DNA of 64,000 bases. It comes from Histomonas meleagridis 2922-C6/04-290x. Lineage: Eukaryota; Protista; Parabasalia. Numbering within the stretch: the stretch's first letter is position 1; each line of letters begins with the position of its first letter. The DNA is taken from the NCBI GenBank assembly GCA_020184695.1, contig JAANOX010000037.1, positions 124,001 through 188,000 on the forward strand, written 5' to 3'. The position numbers were made by a program, and so were the translations under genes. The notes under the pieces were generated by a model that searched no databases, had not been told where the DNA came from, and worked only from the letters and a program-made list of their open reading frames with translations. Shown one piece after another: positions 34,101 to 45,000 of this stretch.

Positions 34101-36042
34101 GAATCAAATCGTCGTCATTAGAACTACAAATGTTATTAAAAGTTGATCTCATAAATATATTTTCAGATTTCAATTTAATTAATTCATCATCCATTTCATC
34201 GATTTTTTGATTATCATCAATAAAATCATCAATTTTAATATTTTCATCAATTATTTTATTTATTTTATTTGTTATATTACTTTTCTTTAAATCCAAAATA
34301 TTATTTTTGATATTACTTTTTATTTCTTTTAATTTATTATTAATTTTCCAATTATATAAATTTGTTAATTCTTCTTTTTGTTGATTTAACATTATAATAT
34401 ATTTCATTTTAATTCCTTTTTTAGCATTTTTAAATTTTTCATCAAAATTATTTTCATTTTCATTAATATTTTGTAATTTAACATTTATAGTATCAATTGG
34501 ATCAGTTAATTCTTTATATAAATCTCTTTCTTTAATAACATTTCTTAAATTGTTTTCAAGATTTTTAATTTTTTCTGTTAAATCATTTTCTAATTGCGAT
34601 GTAATTTTATCATTTTCATCTAAAATTTTTAATATTTCTTTCGCTTTTATGTTTTCTAGTTCATTCTTTTGGTTTTTTAAGCTTTCTTGTATATCTTCGA
34701 TGTTTTTCTTTTGTAAATTTTTGATATAATTTGTTTGTTGTTCGATTTGATCCTCATAAACTTTCCGTAATTTTTTTGTTTGTTCCGAATATTCTTCTTT
34801 TAATTGTTTTATTTGTTTTTCTAAGATTTCTTCTTTATTATTTTCATTTTTTTCTTCTTTTATTTTATCATTATTTTCGTTTTTTGTTGTTTCTGTTTCA
34901 TTTTTTATTGAATTGTTTTGTTTTAATTTTATTGATTTCAAAATTTCATATTTTTCATTTTCATCTTTAACTCTTTGCTTTAGAAATGTTATTTCTTTTC
35001 GCGCTGATTCTAAAATCGATATGTTTTTCTTATTAATTTCTTTTTCGATATTTAATTCATTTCGACATTTAGTTAATTCTTTTCGAACATAATCCAAATG
35101 TTCATTTAAAAGTGAAATATGTTCAATATAATTTTTATCTTCTTTTGATTTATCTAAATTTTCATTTTCATTTTGTGAAGTTTTGTTTTTCGTTTTCTTT
35201 TTACTTTTGTTTTCATTGTTCGAATTAGATTTTTTGGTTTTGGAACTGTTTATGCGTTTTTCTGTCGTTTGAAGCTCAATAATTTTGTTCAAACGTGAAA
35301 TTTCGTTGTTTTTGATATCAATTTGTGCAAAACATTCGCGAAGTCGTTTCTCATAATTTGTAATGATAGATTGATGAATTGATGTAACTTTACTTTTTTG
35401 AAGTTCATTGGCTTTAAAGTAATTATTGATGAGTTCTGCTAATTTACTTGTGTCAAATTCTTGTATCTTTAAATCAGAATCATTTTCCGAATTCTTTTGA
35501 ATTTGATAAAACCAATCGCGAAGTGAGTTAATCATCCCAATTTGGTCTTCGGAATTTTTGGAATGATCTGAAATCATCTGTTGAAGTTGTATTTGTGCTT
35601 CAATGATAACATCTTGACAATCAAGTGATTTCTCATTTTCTAAAATATCCATCAAAGATAACAAAAATTTTTGATCAGAAACTTCAAAGTTATGAATTAT
35701 TTGCTGAATTTTATTTGTGGAACGATCAATATTAAAAAAATTGTTTTCTTCTTTATCTAAAGAATTTTTGTCGAGAATACCTGTGTTTTGATTTTCTAGA
35801 TCATCCCATAGTTTGTTTGCTTTTTGAGGATTGTAATACCATGAATCTGGAATATTATTTGTTTGTATATTACCACTTTGTTGTTCTGATATTTGTACTA
35901 TTTTTTTCACTTTGCAAAGGTCAGGAGGTTGTTTTTCGTGGGAAGGAAGGAAATGTTCGTTCGTTTCTGGATGTTTTTTGTAACGTTTTTTTTTTATCAC
36001 GATTTTATTCAATTTCGACTGTTTTTTTCCTGAAAAATACAT
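31114..36042 (-). CDS. Large low-complexity coiled-coil protein (1642 aa), function unknown
   Basis: Long uninterrupted ORF rich in K/E/N heptads. Confidence 0.75.
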   Translation of the reverse strand: MYFSGKKQSKLNKIVIKKKRYKKHPETNEHFLPSHEKQPPDLCKVKKIVQISEQQSGNIQTNNIPDSWYYNPQKANKLWDDLENQNTGILDKNSLDKEENNFFNIDRSTNKIQQIIHNFEVSDQKFLLSLMDILENEKSLDCQDVIIEAQIQLQQMISDHSKNSEDQIGMINSLRDWFYQIQKNSENDSDLKIQEFDTSKLAELINNYFKANELQKSKVTSIHQSIITNYEKRLRECFAQIDIKNNEISRLNKIIELQTTEKRINSSKTKKSNSNNENKSKKKTKNKTSQNENENLDKSKEDKNYIEHISLLNEHLDYVRKELTKCRNELNIEKEINKKNISILESARKEITFLKQRVKDENEKYEILKSIKLKQNNSIKNETETTKNENNDKIKEEKNENNKEEILEKQIKQLKEEYSEQTKKLRKVYEDQIEQQTNYIKNLQKKNIEDIQESLKNQKNELENIKAKEILKILDENDKITSQLENDLTEKIKNLENNLRNVIKERDLYKELTDPIDTINVKLQNINENENNFDEKFKNAKKGIKMKYIIMLNQQKEELTNLYNWKINNKLKEIKSNIKNNILDLKKSNITNKINKIIDENIKIDDFIDDNQKIDEMDDELIKLKSENIFMRSTFNNICSSNDDDLIQPLKLSINEQVNKIVQLSEEKKKLEKINKNLNSEINKLKASNENNGTFSPPTLPSSSRKYYNATKSNQNDTDETHSEENVQSNEIDDKNINETIAEDNNAYEIQINNNNENITETKSIDDETHTEDNDEKEIETNTYNNEKESKDNEIETNTYNNEEESKDSEIKTITYNNEEENNKNKTHSEETENKTPNKIRMENYDIVDISSPPSIHYSHNNSDRFSLFIRNANRLDQIITATKKNLQIHEEYTDSPLIPIPNNNLERTTTTNVIYEQSPDLFDSHILQIETLLNEIKKLKEEKNLLKTKYKAQIGHHVSFDQRFLHPPKKVYSWEEFSQEDLNAANSINEEIKEENDNNNNSNNEDTFEEYQPKKIKENTGIALTKNLRNFSFHSLDDSPSPFSNLLSGHIFDNKTNDLMISPTINFEISLKTNNFTLINNNENINIEPTDNEIINNETINNNDNENINIKLNNKDNENISIDNNNSETYSDSFNENLNFNVNNNEIINCNEIISLKTNLNEIKNKYSQIENNFNDLFHRHKEIVEILIKNYLTAMSLINGDEIHAETLIAKMQEQSAYITSLIMEREELYSKLNKLQNNSANDINNQIKSDLMSFNQTRINSLQYELNQFTIENNELHKEIDKLNETLFKNNDMQNELKNKLEKSNLEIEKLHNELILIQKNSEFEFELIEPFIIFFINSNPKPKNILTLSAPIEKIVKVSKINPKTSLKPLNNNTIKRKISFPIQNTSEIKPFSNIQNLKNRILSLERLLDIKSTQLIDINNSYNEQQQILFKQNVKIQKMEREIQRFTLISELSNKKIQSAAEMITFLAKENENLKNLIDKSKDPKEDKNKEKGLSSANTKNLISDLEMIGNINNNKMKQMTLRHMLSMAKWEERKMDLLNQEKEKSFASLKALNLVINETENNEKEQQKNPLEIISEEKNNEKKENQKQIIHYNKNLKKNEKKLTPTFEEATLRANAHEQKLPKILKNGIVATPIKT

Positions 36043-36408
36043 TGAATTTTGAAGTTACACAATTGATGAAACATTATCTCTTTTTTTGCTGTGCAATTAA
36101 AGTAATTCGATCATGAACACTAAAATTGAATTTATTGCCTCACTAAAATTTTAAGTGTTCATCTGTCAAATTTATTTAGTGAATCATTATAGGTCAATTT
36201 ATTGAAGGATTCATTTTTGATTAAATGATTTGCCATTTTTTTTGCATAGGTACTTGCCATATTTTTAGGATTTCAGGTGGCAATGAAAGAGTTTATTTTT
36301 TTATGATAATAAGTAAGGAATTCATAAAGATATTTTTATTTTTTTTTGATATTTATTCACTTCACCAAATTTTGTTGCATTCAATTTTTATGAGTTTTGG
36401 CAAATTTG

Positions 36409-39400
36409 ATGTCTTTCACGAAATGGCCTGAACTTCAACCAAAAGAACTCATTAAAAATCTCAGCAAAAAGGAAGTTCTTGACTTGCTGGCCTATGCATG
36501 TTTTAATAGCAAAATGTTGGATTTTTTATCCAATGAAGAAAATGATCCAAAAGTGTCAGATATTTGCATGGAAATATTTATACATCCATTACTGTACAAA
36601 CAATATGCGTCAAAAATTGTAGGTAATTTACCCGATAATATAATCTCGAAATTATTAAGATCAAAAGTCCCAACAAATGATATAATATATCCATCGCTTC
36701 TAGAGATAAACAATTTATCATTGGACGACAAGTATGATTATAAGAATGCAAAAATAATTGATACCGAATATGCTGATTTATTTATTCCATTGCAGAGAAA
36801 AAGCACTGTTAAAATTGGAATTGAAGTTCTCAAAGAAATGGTTGATTATGTTCTCGAAAAGAAAGACATAAAAATTGATGATCGAATTCAATATTTCAAT
36901 ACGTTAGTTCATCCAATTGCTAAAATGCTTCTTGAATCTTGTATAATTTGGCTTAAAGATTTAGATTTGTACACAAGTCTTTTTAATATTGTTTCAACAT
37001 TTCCATATGAAATTTATATGAAATCCGAAATCATTGATATCTTCTTAAGAAACAAAGATATCAAACAACAATTAAATTTTTTTGGTATTAGTTTCAGCTT
37101 TTTTAAGAAAGATAAACAAGATACTCGGAAATCATTACCATTTAATTTTGAATATATTTTACTCAAAAAACTTTTACTTGAAGTCAAAGACATTAAATCT
37201 ATCAATCAGATATCGAATGCCTATTTAATATTTCCATCTTATCCATATATAAAAGAAATGGATGATGGAGTCCATAACTTATTATTTGAGCAAAGCATTG
37301 AAAACAGTGTAACATTTTTAACCAAAGGATCCATATCTATGATGTTAGGAAATATTATATTTTCATTAAAGTCTTTAACATTTGATAGGAAATCGGGATC
37401 GAAAGTATTTGTCTCTTGTGATTATGATGATTGTATTACATATTTAACTGAAGTTCTTCAACGATTTATTAATAAAAAAGAAGAGTTAAATTATAACATT
37501 GAGTTATATCCAAAAACATGTTTAACTTTAATCGATGAATTAACAGAAAGTGGTTATAATCTTTTAGATTTATTACCGAATGAATTACGAGATGATTTAA
37601 TCATTGGCGCAATTAAAAATCCAATTGATGAAAATAAATTTTCGAATTATATTCGAAATCATCGTCCATATTTCTTAGTGAACTTATTAATAAAACTTTC
37701 ATCAATTAAAAGCATTAATAAAGTAATGACAAAAGATAAAAGAAATAAAATAGACATTTATGGGTTTCAAAAATCGAAATTTTTAAATCAGAAGAATTAT
37801 GTTCAAATGAATATGATTGAAATATTCCTACAAAAAACAAACTTCTGGGAAAGTAAAAATCAAACCAATTTATTAAACTCATTCATTAGTTATTATAATT
37901 TCATTATGTTCATTGCTAAAGAAAGTTTATTAAATAATGATAATGTATTAAAAGAATTAACTATAAATGTACATTTAAGATGGTGTACACTTTTAACGAA
38001 AGAACAAAATAATATTTTAACTCAACAAGTAAAAAACATTTTTAATAACTTATTATTAATCATTGGTTATGAAGTATATAAAGATGAATATGTAAATAAG
38101 ATTTGGGATTTGTTTTTAATGATACAAATCGATCAAAGTTCATTCATTGATATAATATATGATTTATTAACACAAATTGTTTTATATTCGAAACTTAATG
38201 ATTATCCAATATTAGAAAAGCCATTATTACAACTTCTTTTAAAGATATCATCTAAAATAGAATTTGATTCTTATATAATTGATTACAAATTTAAAAAATT
38301 AATAGGAAAACAAAAAATAGAATTAACATTACAAAATAATTTGCGTGATATAACTAAAAGAAGAATTAATTTAATAAATATTAAGGCTAAAGATAAATAT
38401 AACCCATTAAAGACAGAAAATTGTTTGGAATATAAAAAGTTTTATCCAAAATATTCCGAAAGAAATGAAAAACAAGAAATTTATGAAGATAATATTACAT
38501 ATAAAGTTTCACCATTAATATTTATGAGATTTATGAAAATTTGTTTAGAAATGAAAAGAAAAGTAATTAATGATAAAAAAGTTGAAAATAATAAAATATA
38601 TTATCAATCATTTAGAGATTTATATAATTTAATTTTCTCGAAACAAATTCAATTTGAAAAATTTAATCCGAATTCAATGAATTATGATAAATATTTGGGA
38701 TATTCAAAACAAAATATTATATTACAATATCATCCAAATTTATTCCCATTCTTAAAAATTATAAATCCGGAAAATGAAATTTTATTTACTGAAGAAAATT
38801 ATAACATTTTAAATGAATTTTTCACAATGAATGAAACGAAAACAAAAAATAATTACAACAACAATAATAATAATAAATTTGATTTTACTTATGTAATTTC
38901 ATTTAAATGTCATCCGGATTCATATAATGAACAATTAAACTATGATTATAAACAAAATATTAAAAAATATAAAAAAGAGATAAATGAAAAAAATATAAAA
39001 AGAATTAATAGTTTAAGAAATTTATTAAAAGAATATGAAGATATTCAACAAATCAAAAATCTTTTAGATGATAAAAATCTTTTTAAAGAAGAAGAAGCGA
39101 AAACTTCTGAAAAAATTATAAACAAAGAAAACAATGAATTTTATTATGATAAAATTAATTATATTTTACAAACATTAACCAAATGTAATATTAATGAAAT
39201 TATCGAAAACGATGAAATAATTCAAAAAATTATTAATTTTATTCAATCAATTAATTCTATTAAAGAATATGAATTCATTAATGAATTATGTAATCAACTT
39301 TTAATATCATTTATTAAATCTGATAACATAAATGATTATAATAAATATCTTTCGTATTTCATTGATATTATCTCTAAAAGTAATAAATTTATTGGTGACA

Positions 39401-41190
39401 TTAATAATTATAAAGAATTTTGTGAAATTATAAAACAAAACATTAAACATTTAAATCATTTTAATTATATGCCAATTCTCGTAGTAATTATTCAAAGTGA
39501 AGATATCGAACGATTACTTATCTCAATGAAATATTCATTTTATGTAAAAAACAATGTACAATATCTTACAAATTTTGTGTATCCAATTAAGAACATGTTA
39601 AACAAATTAATTGAAAATATCATGAAGAATGATACGAAAATATTAAATGAATTTAAGATTCAAATTGGTTCATGTTGTATCTTTCCAAAAATCGTAGGAT
39701 TTCCAATACCACGAACATCATTTGATTATATATTATATTTATCCAAATCTAAGAAATCATTAGAATGTAAACAAGCAAGTATTACATTTGTTATAGATTA
39801 TATTCGATTTTGTATGATTAATAACATTAAAATATCAAAAGATTTGGAAGATTTGTTATTAGAAATCTTAAATGTAAGTTATAAAGGTAATTATTCAGAT
39901 GAAATTATAATATTTTATTCATTAATTATCGCAAATAAAATTACTTCTAATGTCTTAATGAAAAATGACGTATTCCTCGAATTAAGTTTACCGGAGAAAC
40001 AACCAAATAATTATTCATATGAAAAGAATATAATTTTAACGAAGAAATGTAATCCTTATTATGATTACATTATAAATAATTTCATTTTTAATGGTCTAAA
40101 TTCGAAGAATGAACATATCATAGATATAACTATTAAAATAATATCATCTTTAGACTTAAATCAAAATAATCCAATAAAAATTTTGCCATTTATTGAAAAT
40201 GGTTTAAATAATATAATTTTAGGTGCTGATAATAATTTATTTATTAAATTTTCGATAATTTTCATGACCAAAAATTTACAATTCGAAAATTGCATTAATT
40301 CATTTAATAATTTCTTAAATACATTAAAGAATTATTCAATTGATTTATATAAAGAGAATTTCAAAAATTTGCATAATAATTATCCAAAAAGTTTCGACAA
40401 ATTGGGTTCAATGTATTATACAATATTAGAACAATTACAAGAACCTTTCTATAATAATAATATAAATGAAATGTTATCATATTCCAAATTTTGTAGAATT
40501 ATAAATGATAAAATTTCAAGTTTCAAACCTTTAATTTCATTGGAGACTTTTAACTTAATTGAAGTCATTGTGAAGTTATTAAGTAATGATAACTTCACAA
40601 ATTTTATAAATGAATTCGAAACTAATAAAGAGAAATCTTTGTTGGAATTACTGTTCGCTATTTCTAAAACGCCCGAATTAGTTTTCGATGTTCCGCCGTT
40701 TTTGAATACTTTGATCAAAACATTTAGTAAAGATTATAATGTGAAGCATATCTATGCTATTGCGGAATTCCCAAAGTGCTTCCAAAACGCATACGAACTC
40801 GCACGCACGTTATCAAGCGTAGTACAAAAGAATTTGAAGGATGTGCCGGAGGAAGAAGTACTGGACGTGACGTCGAAGTTGGGAATTTTTGCTTTAACTT
40901 TCGTTTTCCCGCCACCACCGGCGCCACCATCTTGTTATTCATCTGCTCCTCCACCACCGCCTCCTCCTCCTCCGCCACCACCATCTGGTTATTCATCTCC
41001 TCCGCCACCACCACCATCTGGTTATTCATCTCCTCCGCCTCCTCCACCACCGCCTGCATTTCCAGCTGCACATGAGCCATCCTACTTAAACCAAATCTTA
41101 TTGAAATTAAAGAAAAATACATCAAATCAAACTGACGAATCAGATGATGATTCATCTTATGATGATTCTGATGCATGGGAAGAATGGTAA
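36409..41190 (+). CDS. Large protein with C-terminal poly-proline, WH2-like and acidic/Trp tail (VCA-like)
   Basis: ~1590-aa ORF ending PPPPP...SYLNQILLKLKK...DESDDDSSYDDSDAWEEW. Confidence 0.72.
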   Translation: MSFTKWPELQPKELIKNLSKKEVLDLLAYACFNSKMLDFLSNEENDPKVSDICMEIFIHPLLYKQYASKIVGNLPDNIISKLLRSKVPTNDIIYPSLLEINNLSLDDKYDYKNAKIIDTEYADLFIPLQRKSTVKIGIEVLKEMVDYVLEKKDIKIDDRIQYFNTLVHPIAKMLLESCIIWLKDLDLYTSLFNIVSTFPYEIYMKSEIIDIFLRNKDIKQQLNFFGISFSFFKKDKQDTRKSLPFNFEYILLKKLLLEVKDIKSINQISNAYLIFPSYPYIKEMDDGVHNLLFEQSIENSVTFLTKGSISMMLGNIIFSLKSLTFDRKSGSKVFVSCDYDDCITYLTEVLQRFINKKEELNYNIELYPKTCLTLIDELTESGYNLLDLLPNELRDDLIIGAIKNPIDENKFSNYIRNHRPYFLVNLLIKLSSIKSINKVMTKDKRNKIDIYGFQKSKFLNQKNYVQMNMIEIFLQKTNFWESKNQTNLLNSFISYYNFIMFIAKESLLNNDNVLKELTINVHLRWCTLLTKEQNNILTQQVKNIFNNLLLIIGYEVYKDEYVNKIWDLFLMIQIDQSSFIDIIYDLLTQIVLYSKLNDYPILEKPLLQLLLKISSKIEFDSYIIDYKFKKLIGKQKIELTLQNNLRDITKRRINLINIKAKDKYNPLKTENCLEYKKFYPKYSERNEKQEIYEDNITYKVSPLIFMRFMKICLEMKRKVINDKKVENNKIYYQSFRDLYNLIFSKQIQFEKFNPNSMNYDKYLGYSKQNIILQYHPNLFPFLKIINPENEILFTEENYNILNEFFTMNETKTKNNYNNNNNNKFDFTYVISFKCHPDSYNEQLNYDYKQNIKKYKKEINEKNIKRINSLRNLLKEYEDIQQIKNLLDDKNLFKEEEAKTSEKIINKENNEFYYDKINYILQTLTKCNINEIIENDEIIQKIINFIQSINSIKEYEFINELCNQLLISFIKSDNINDYNKYLSYFIDIISKSNKFIGDINNYKEFCEIIKQNIKHLNHFNYMPILVVIIQSEDIERLLISMKYSFYVKNNVQYLTNFVYPIKNMLNKLIENIMKNDTKILNEFKIQIGSCCIFPKIVGFPIPRTSFDYILYLSKSKKSLECKQASITFVIDYIRFCMINNIKISKDLEDLLLEILNVSYKGNYSDEIIIFYSLIIANKITSNVLMKNDVFLELSLPEKQPNNYSYEKNIILTKKCNPYYDYIINNFIFNGLNSKNEHIIDITIKIISSLDLNQNNPIKILPFIENGLNNIILGADNNLFIKFSIIFMTKNLQFENCINSFNNFLNTLKNYSIDLYKENFKNLHNNYPKSFDKLGSMYYTILEQLQEPFYNNNINEMLSYSKFCRIINDKISSFKPLISLETFNLIEVIVKLLSNDNFTNFINEFETNKEKSLLELLFAISKTPELVFDVPPFLNTLIKTFSKDYNVKHIYAIAEFPKCFQNAYELARTLSSVVQKNLKDVPEEEVLDVTSKLGIFALTFVFPPPPAPPSCYSSAPPPPPPPPPPPPSGYSSPPPPPPSGYSSPPPPPPPPAFPAAHEPSYLNQILLKLKKNTSNQTDESDDDSSYDDSDAWEEW
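40908..41055 (+). repeat. Coding poly-proline repeat (SGYSSPPPPPP)
   Basis: Tandem ccaccatctggttattcatctcctccgcc units. Confidence 0.85.
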
Positions 41191-41547
41191 AAAAGAGTTA
41201 ATTTAATGTTTTTTGTATTTTGAATATGAATTTGATCATAAATGATAATTAACGTGAGCTCTTATCGTGTTCCAATTGGAATTGGTTGACTCGGTTAGGT
41301 AACAGCGTTTTCACAAGAAATACGTTTTGAAAAAATTAATGGCAAGGCAAAAGAGATAAGGAGTTAGAGTTGCATTTTGAATTTGATATCGCGAATTAAA
41401 AATTATTAAAAGTTTTTAAGAAAAGGACTATTTTCATATGATGTTGAACATTACATTGCACAAAAACAAAATCAGAAAATTTTGATAGATAGTTTTTATT
41501 GATAGCTCAATCCGAAAGATAGATATAGTTTTTGCATTCTATATAGT

Positions 41548-41862
41548 TTATGTTTGCTCTTTTGTTTCTGTATTGCTTTCAAAATTTATTGGCTTAATTA
41601 ATTTCTGATAGAGTTCGAAATAAACGAAAACTATCGGAAATATTAATATTAAACTTAATATATCTCCAGTTAGTGATAGCATTTGAGGAATATTTATGGG
41701 ATTCCTATAAATATGGAGGAAAAAGATTATAACAAATCCACAGACAATGGAAATGATTCTTGTCATACAAGGAAATAATAAACAGCTTTTGTTGGTATTC
41801 TGTATGTCATCGCTCTGTAATTCGTAGTTGGTTGTCTGTTCTGTGGCATCCTCCATAGGCAT
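41548..41862 (-). CDS. Hypothetical small membrane protein, possibly the 3' part of a frameshifted gene
   Basis: Two hydrophobic segments; a 7-base homopolymer immediately upstream could hide a frameshift. Confidence 0.4.
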   Translation of the reverse strand: MPMEDATEQTTNYELQSDDIQNTNKSCLLFPCMTRIISIVCGFVIIFFLHIYRNPINIPQMLSLTGDILSLILIFPIVFVYFELYQKLIKPINFESNTETKEQT

Positions 41863-42119
41863 TAACCCAAAAAAACCGCCACTTTACATTGAATTGAAGC
41901 ACATCACTGCATTTCGAAGAATCGAAATTACTTTCTTTGTGAAAATTTCTTTTCAACAAAATATTACACATGGATTATATACATCTAATGAAACAAAGAA
42001 AACAAACCAAATTATTGCAAAATGATTAAGAAAACATAAAATTTTTATTTTTGTATTTGAATGACCATTGAATCCTACCTCAAAAATCCCTCTGAAAAAG
42101 TAATGCGATGATTTCAGTG

Positions 42120-42755
42120 CTACTGCCACGTTTGAACATCGCTACTTAAAAACCTGAGTGTTTTAGAAACACGTCTTAACTTTTTCTCAATCTCCATAAA
42201 TTTTTCGAAGTCGTTGATGTTGTGGAGTGTGATTTCTGGTTGATTATCAAATCCATTGATTTTAATCTGGAATTTAAAATCATCGTATTGCAAACGTACG
42301 TTTAGCTTCTCAGGTGGATCGATTAAATATTGCGTAATATCTATGTTGGTGAATTTTAAATCATAAAAAACACAATTAATATTATTCGCATCAGAAATAA
42401 ATTTGTCAAGTAAGCTTAAATTAAAGTTACCAAAATGATTTGATAAATATGATACTTCACGATACAGTCGAGAAGATAGAAATGAAATTTGATGAAGAAA
42501 AAGTAAAGGAAATTCTCTGAAGCGGAAAACAAGCTCATTTGATGTATCATCAGGAATAATAGTCAAGGCTCCTGAGTAAATACTGGCTGCACAAACTTTT
42601 AACTTCAATTGAATATTCGATTTTCCTGAGATGCTTGTAAAAAAAAGTTCAAAGCGGCTATCTTTTGACCGGATTTCGAATACATCTTTCAGTAAGGTTT
42701 CAGCTTCTTTTAATGTGTCTAAAGCAAGTTTGTTTCTTTTTTCTTGCAAATCCAT
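42120..42755 (-). CDS. Hypothetical protein
   Basis: 211-aa ATG-initiated ORF with normal composition. Confidence 0.6.
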   Translation of the reverse strand: MDLQEKRNKLALDTLKEAETLLKDVFEIRSKDSRFELFFTSISGKSNIQLKLKVCAASIYSGALTIIPDDTSNELVFRFREFPLLFLHQISFLSSRLYREVSYLSNHFGNFNLSLLDKFISDANNINCVFYDLKFTNIDITQYLIDPPEKLNVRLQYDDFKFQIKINGFDNQPEITLHNINDFEKFMEIEKKLRRVSKTLRFLSSDVQTWQ

Positions 42756-43020
42756 CTGAAACCCAATAGCACTTTTTGTATAAGTTGATTCCTAAATATT
42801 TTAATTTTTGTTTGCTTTTATTCATTTCTTTATCGTGTTAATAACATAACCTATAGTTTTAATGGAATTTTTTCTTTTTCAAAATTCAATTCAATAGTTA
42901 ATTCATAATCAATTAATTGATTGATTCAGATTTTATTATTAAAAAAATAAACTTACAAAAAAGGAAGTTTAGATAGGGTGTTGTTAATGTGTTATTTTAT
43001 TATATCTGAAAACATTTATT

Positions 43021-43260
43021 TTAAATTTTAAGTTTAGATAATTCATTTTTAATTTGACTAATTTGTTTTGTGAGCTGCACATTTGCATCAGTGAGTTTTT
43101 CGCATGCTTCTTCGACTCTGGAAAGATTTAATTCCCATTGATTATATAACAATTCTAACTCAGATAACTCATTTTCTTGCTTGAGTAGCTTAACAAAGCG
43201 TTCTTTTTCATGAAAAAAGCCTACGTATGCTTCCTGGTTTGCTTCGTTTGCTGCTGTCAT
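43021..43260 (-). CDS. Hypothetical small coiled-coil protein
   Basis: ATG at 43260 (MTAANEANQEAY...). Confidence 0.45.
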   Translation of the reverse strand: MTAANEANQEAYVGFFHEKERFVKLLKQENELSELELLYNQWELNLSRVEEACEKLTDANVQLTKQISQIKNELSKLKI

Positions 43261-43439
43261 CCAGAGAACTTGCACAAGCTGTTCGAGCCTTTATTAAACG
43301 TTCTCTAGAAACACAAAAATTTTGTAATAAAAAAAACATGACAAAAGTATTTCAAAGCAAGAAAAAATTGTCATATAAAAAGATATTATATTAATGTATT
43401 TTTAACATTTTTTACAAGAGCAAAATTTCCTTAACTATA

Positions 43440-44330
43440 TCATCTTCTTCGTTTTCAGCTGTATTCATAATTACTATTTAAAATATTTTAAATAGTTTCC
43501 AAATATTATTTTGAAATAAATTTAAAAAAAAAAATTTATAAATATCTTTAGCATTAATATCAATTCCTTCTTTTTCAAAAAGTAACTATTTCTGTATGAC
43601 CAAAAAAAGTTGCCATCATAAATTATTTATCATTTATAAATTAGATCTTTAGTTAATTGCTTATGAAGTTCCTATATCATTTCGAACCATTTTTAAAATT
43701 TCATTTGGGTTATGTCCTTCATTAATTAATTGCTTATGAAGTTTCCAATCATTCTTTGATTCATAATTTTCTAAAAAAGTCATTTATAAATGCACTTTAT
43801 TCATAGCTATCATTGTAGTAGTCAAAATTTTGTAATATTTCTATTAAATAATATTATAATCTTTATAAGATATAAATCTGGTTCATAATGAACAAAATAT
43901 ATTGATTTGATCTTTTTGGTTATATTTGAACCATTTAAATTTCGATCAATCATTTATTCACATAAAAAAATTGATTCTTGGGTATTAGCATGAGACATAT
44001 CTTTAGTAAATATTTCGATTATATTTGGTCAACTTTTGTTCTCTTCTTCTTCTTTAAGTTGAATTGCTTCTAAATAATTTAAGTAAATATCACTTGCATT
44101 TAAGCAAGTTTTAAAGTTAATTGGTTGTGATATTGAGAACGTAATTAAATGTTACAAGAAAATAAGGAAAAACTTTGGCATCGTTCCATTGGGAAGATAA
44201 ACCCAAAACAACACAGGGAATAGTTTGCTTGACAGAGGATAAAACTAAGGAAGTGCTGGAAAATAATGGATTCATTGTGTTGAATGGAAAAATGTGAAAA
44301 CGCTTTTTTAACTCCAAATATGTCAAATGA
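43440..44330 (-). pseudogene. Decayed DUF3447-ankyrin paralogue with one degenerate 17-mer junction
   Basis: Fragments IYLNYLEAIQLKEEE, FLENYESKNDWKLHKQLINEGHNPNEILKMVRND, GHTEIV..GIDINAKD then atttcaaaataatattt-GGA-aactatttaaaatattt-TAA. Confidence 0.75.
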
Positions 44331-45000
44331 TGGAGTTAAATTAGTGCCTGTTCAATACAAATTCGTGTGCGCTGAAAAGAAATAATTTGTTGCATATCAA
44401 TGTTGTGCATAAATAGAGTTACATAATGTTTTCCATTTAATGAAGAGAAACTTTTACGTAATGCACATAAAGAAGTTAATGAGAACTTAAAATGCAGAAA
44501 TAATAAAACAGATGAAACGCAAAGTTTCGATGATAATGACACCAAATTGGATGATAGATATGATGAAGATGTACATGGTTTAAATGATCCACGTGAAATT
44601 GTACAGCAAACAATGAAATAAATACAGAATTTAGATTACAACAAAATATGCAATATGTATTGAAAGAAGTGCTGAAGAAATTTCCAATCCACACATTCCA
44701 CTTAATCAACCAAATCAATTATTTAACATTATTAGGTTTAATGATTCAACACATATTCATCATTTAATTGCATGAACCAATTATTTGATTTTTTGCATTC
44801 ATTAATAATTGATACAACTTTACTTTCACTTATTTCCATCAAATGGGAATCTATAACCGTTATCATATGACTTTTTCAGCAATAATTATTTTACCTCAAT
44901 TTTCACTTTTTGAATTCACCGATCATGATGAAAACAATTCATATTTTTTATATGATGTATAGAAAAGTGACAATAAAATTTTATATTTTCATTTACTTTA

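Noticed and set aside
40757-41176. Alternative-frame ORFs around the poly-proline tract
   Set aside because: Shadow frames of a stop-poor coding repeat.
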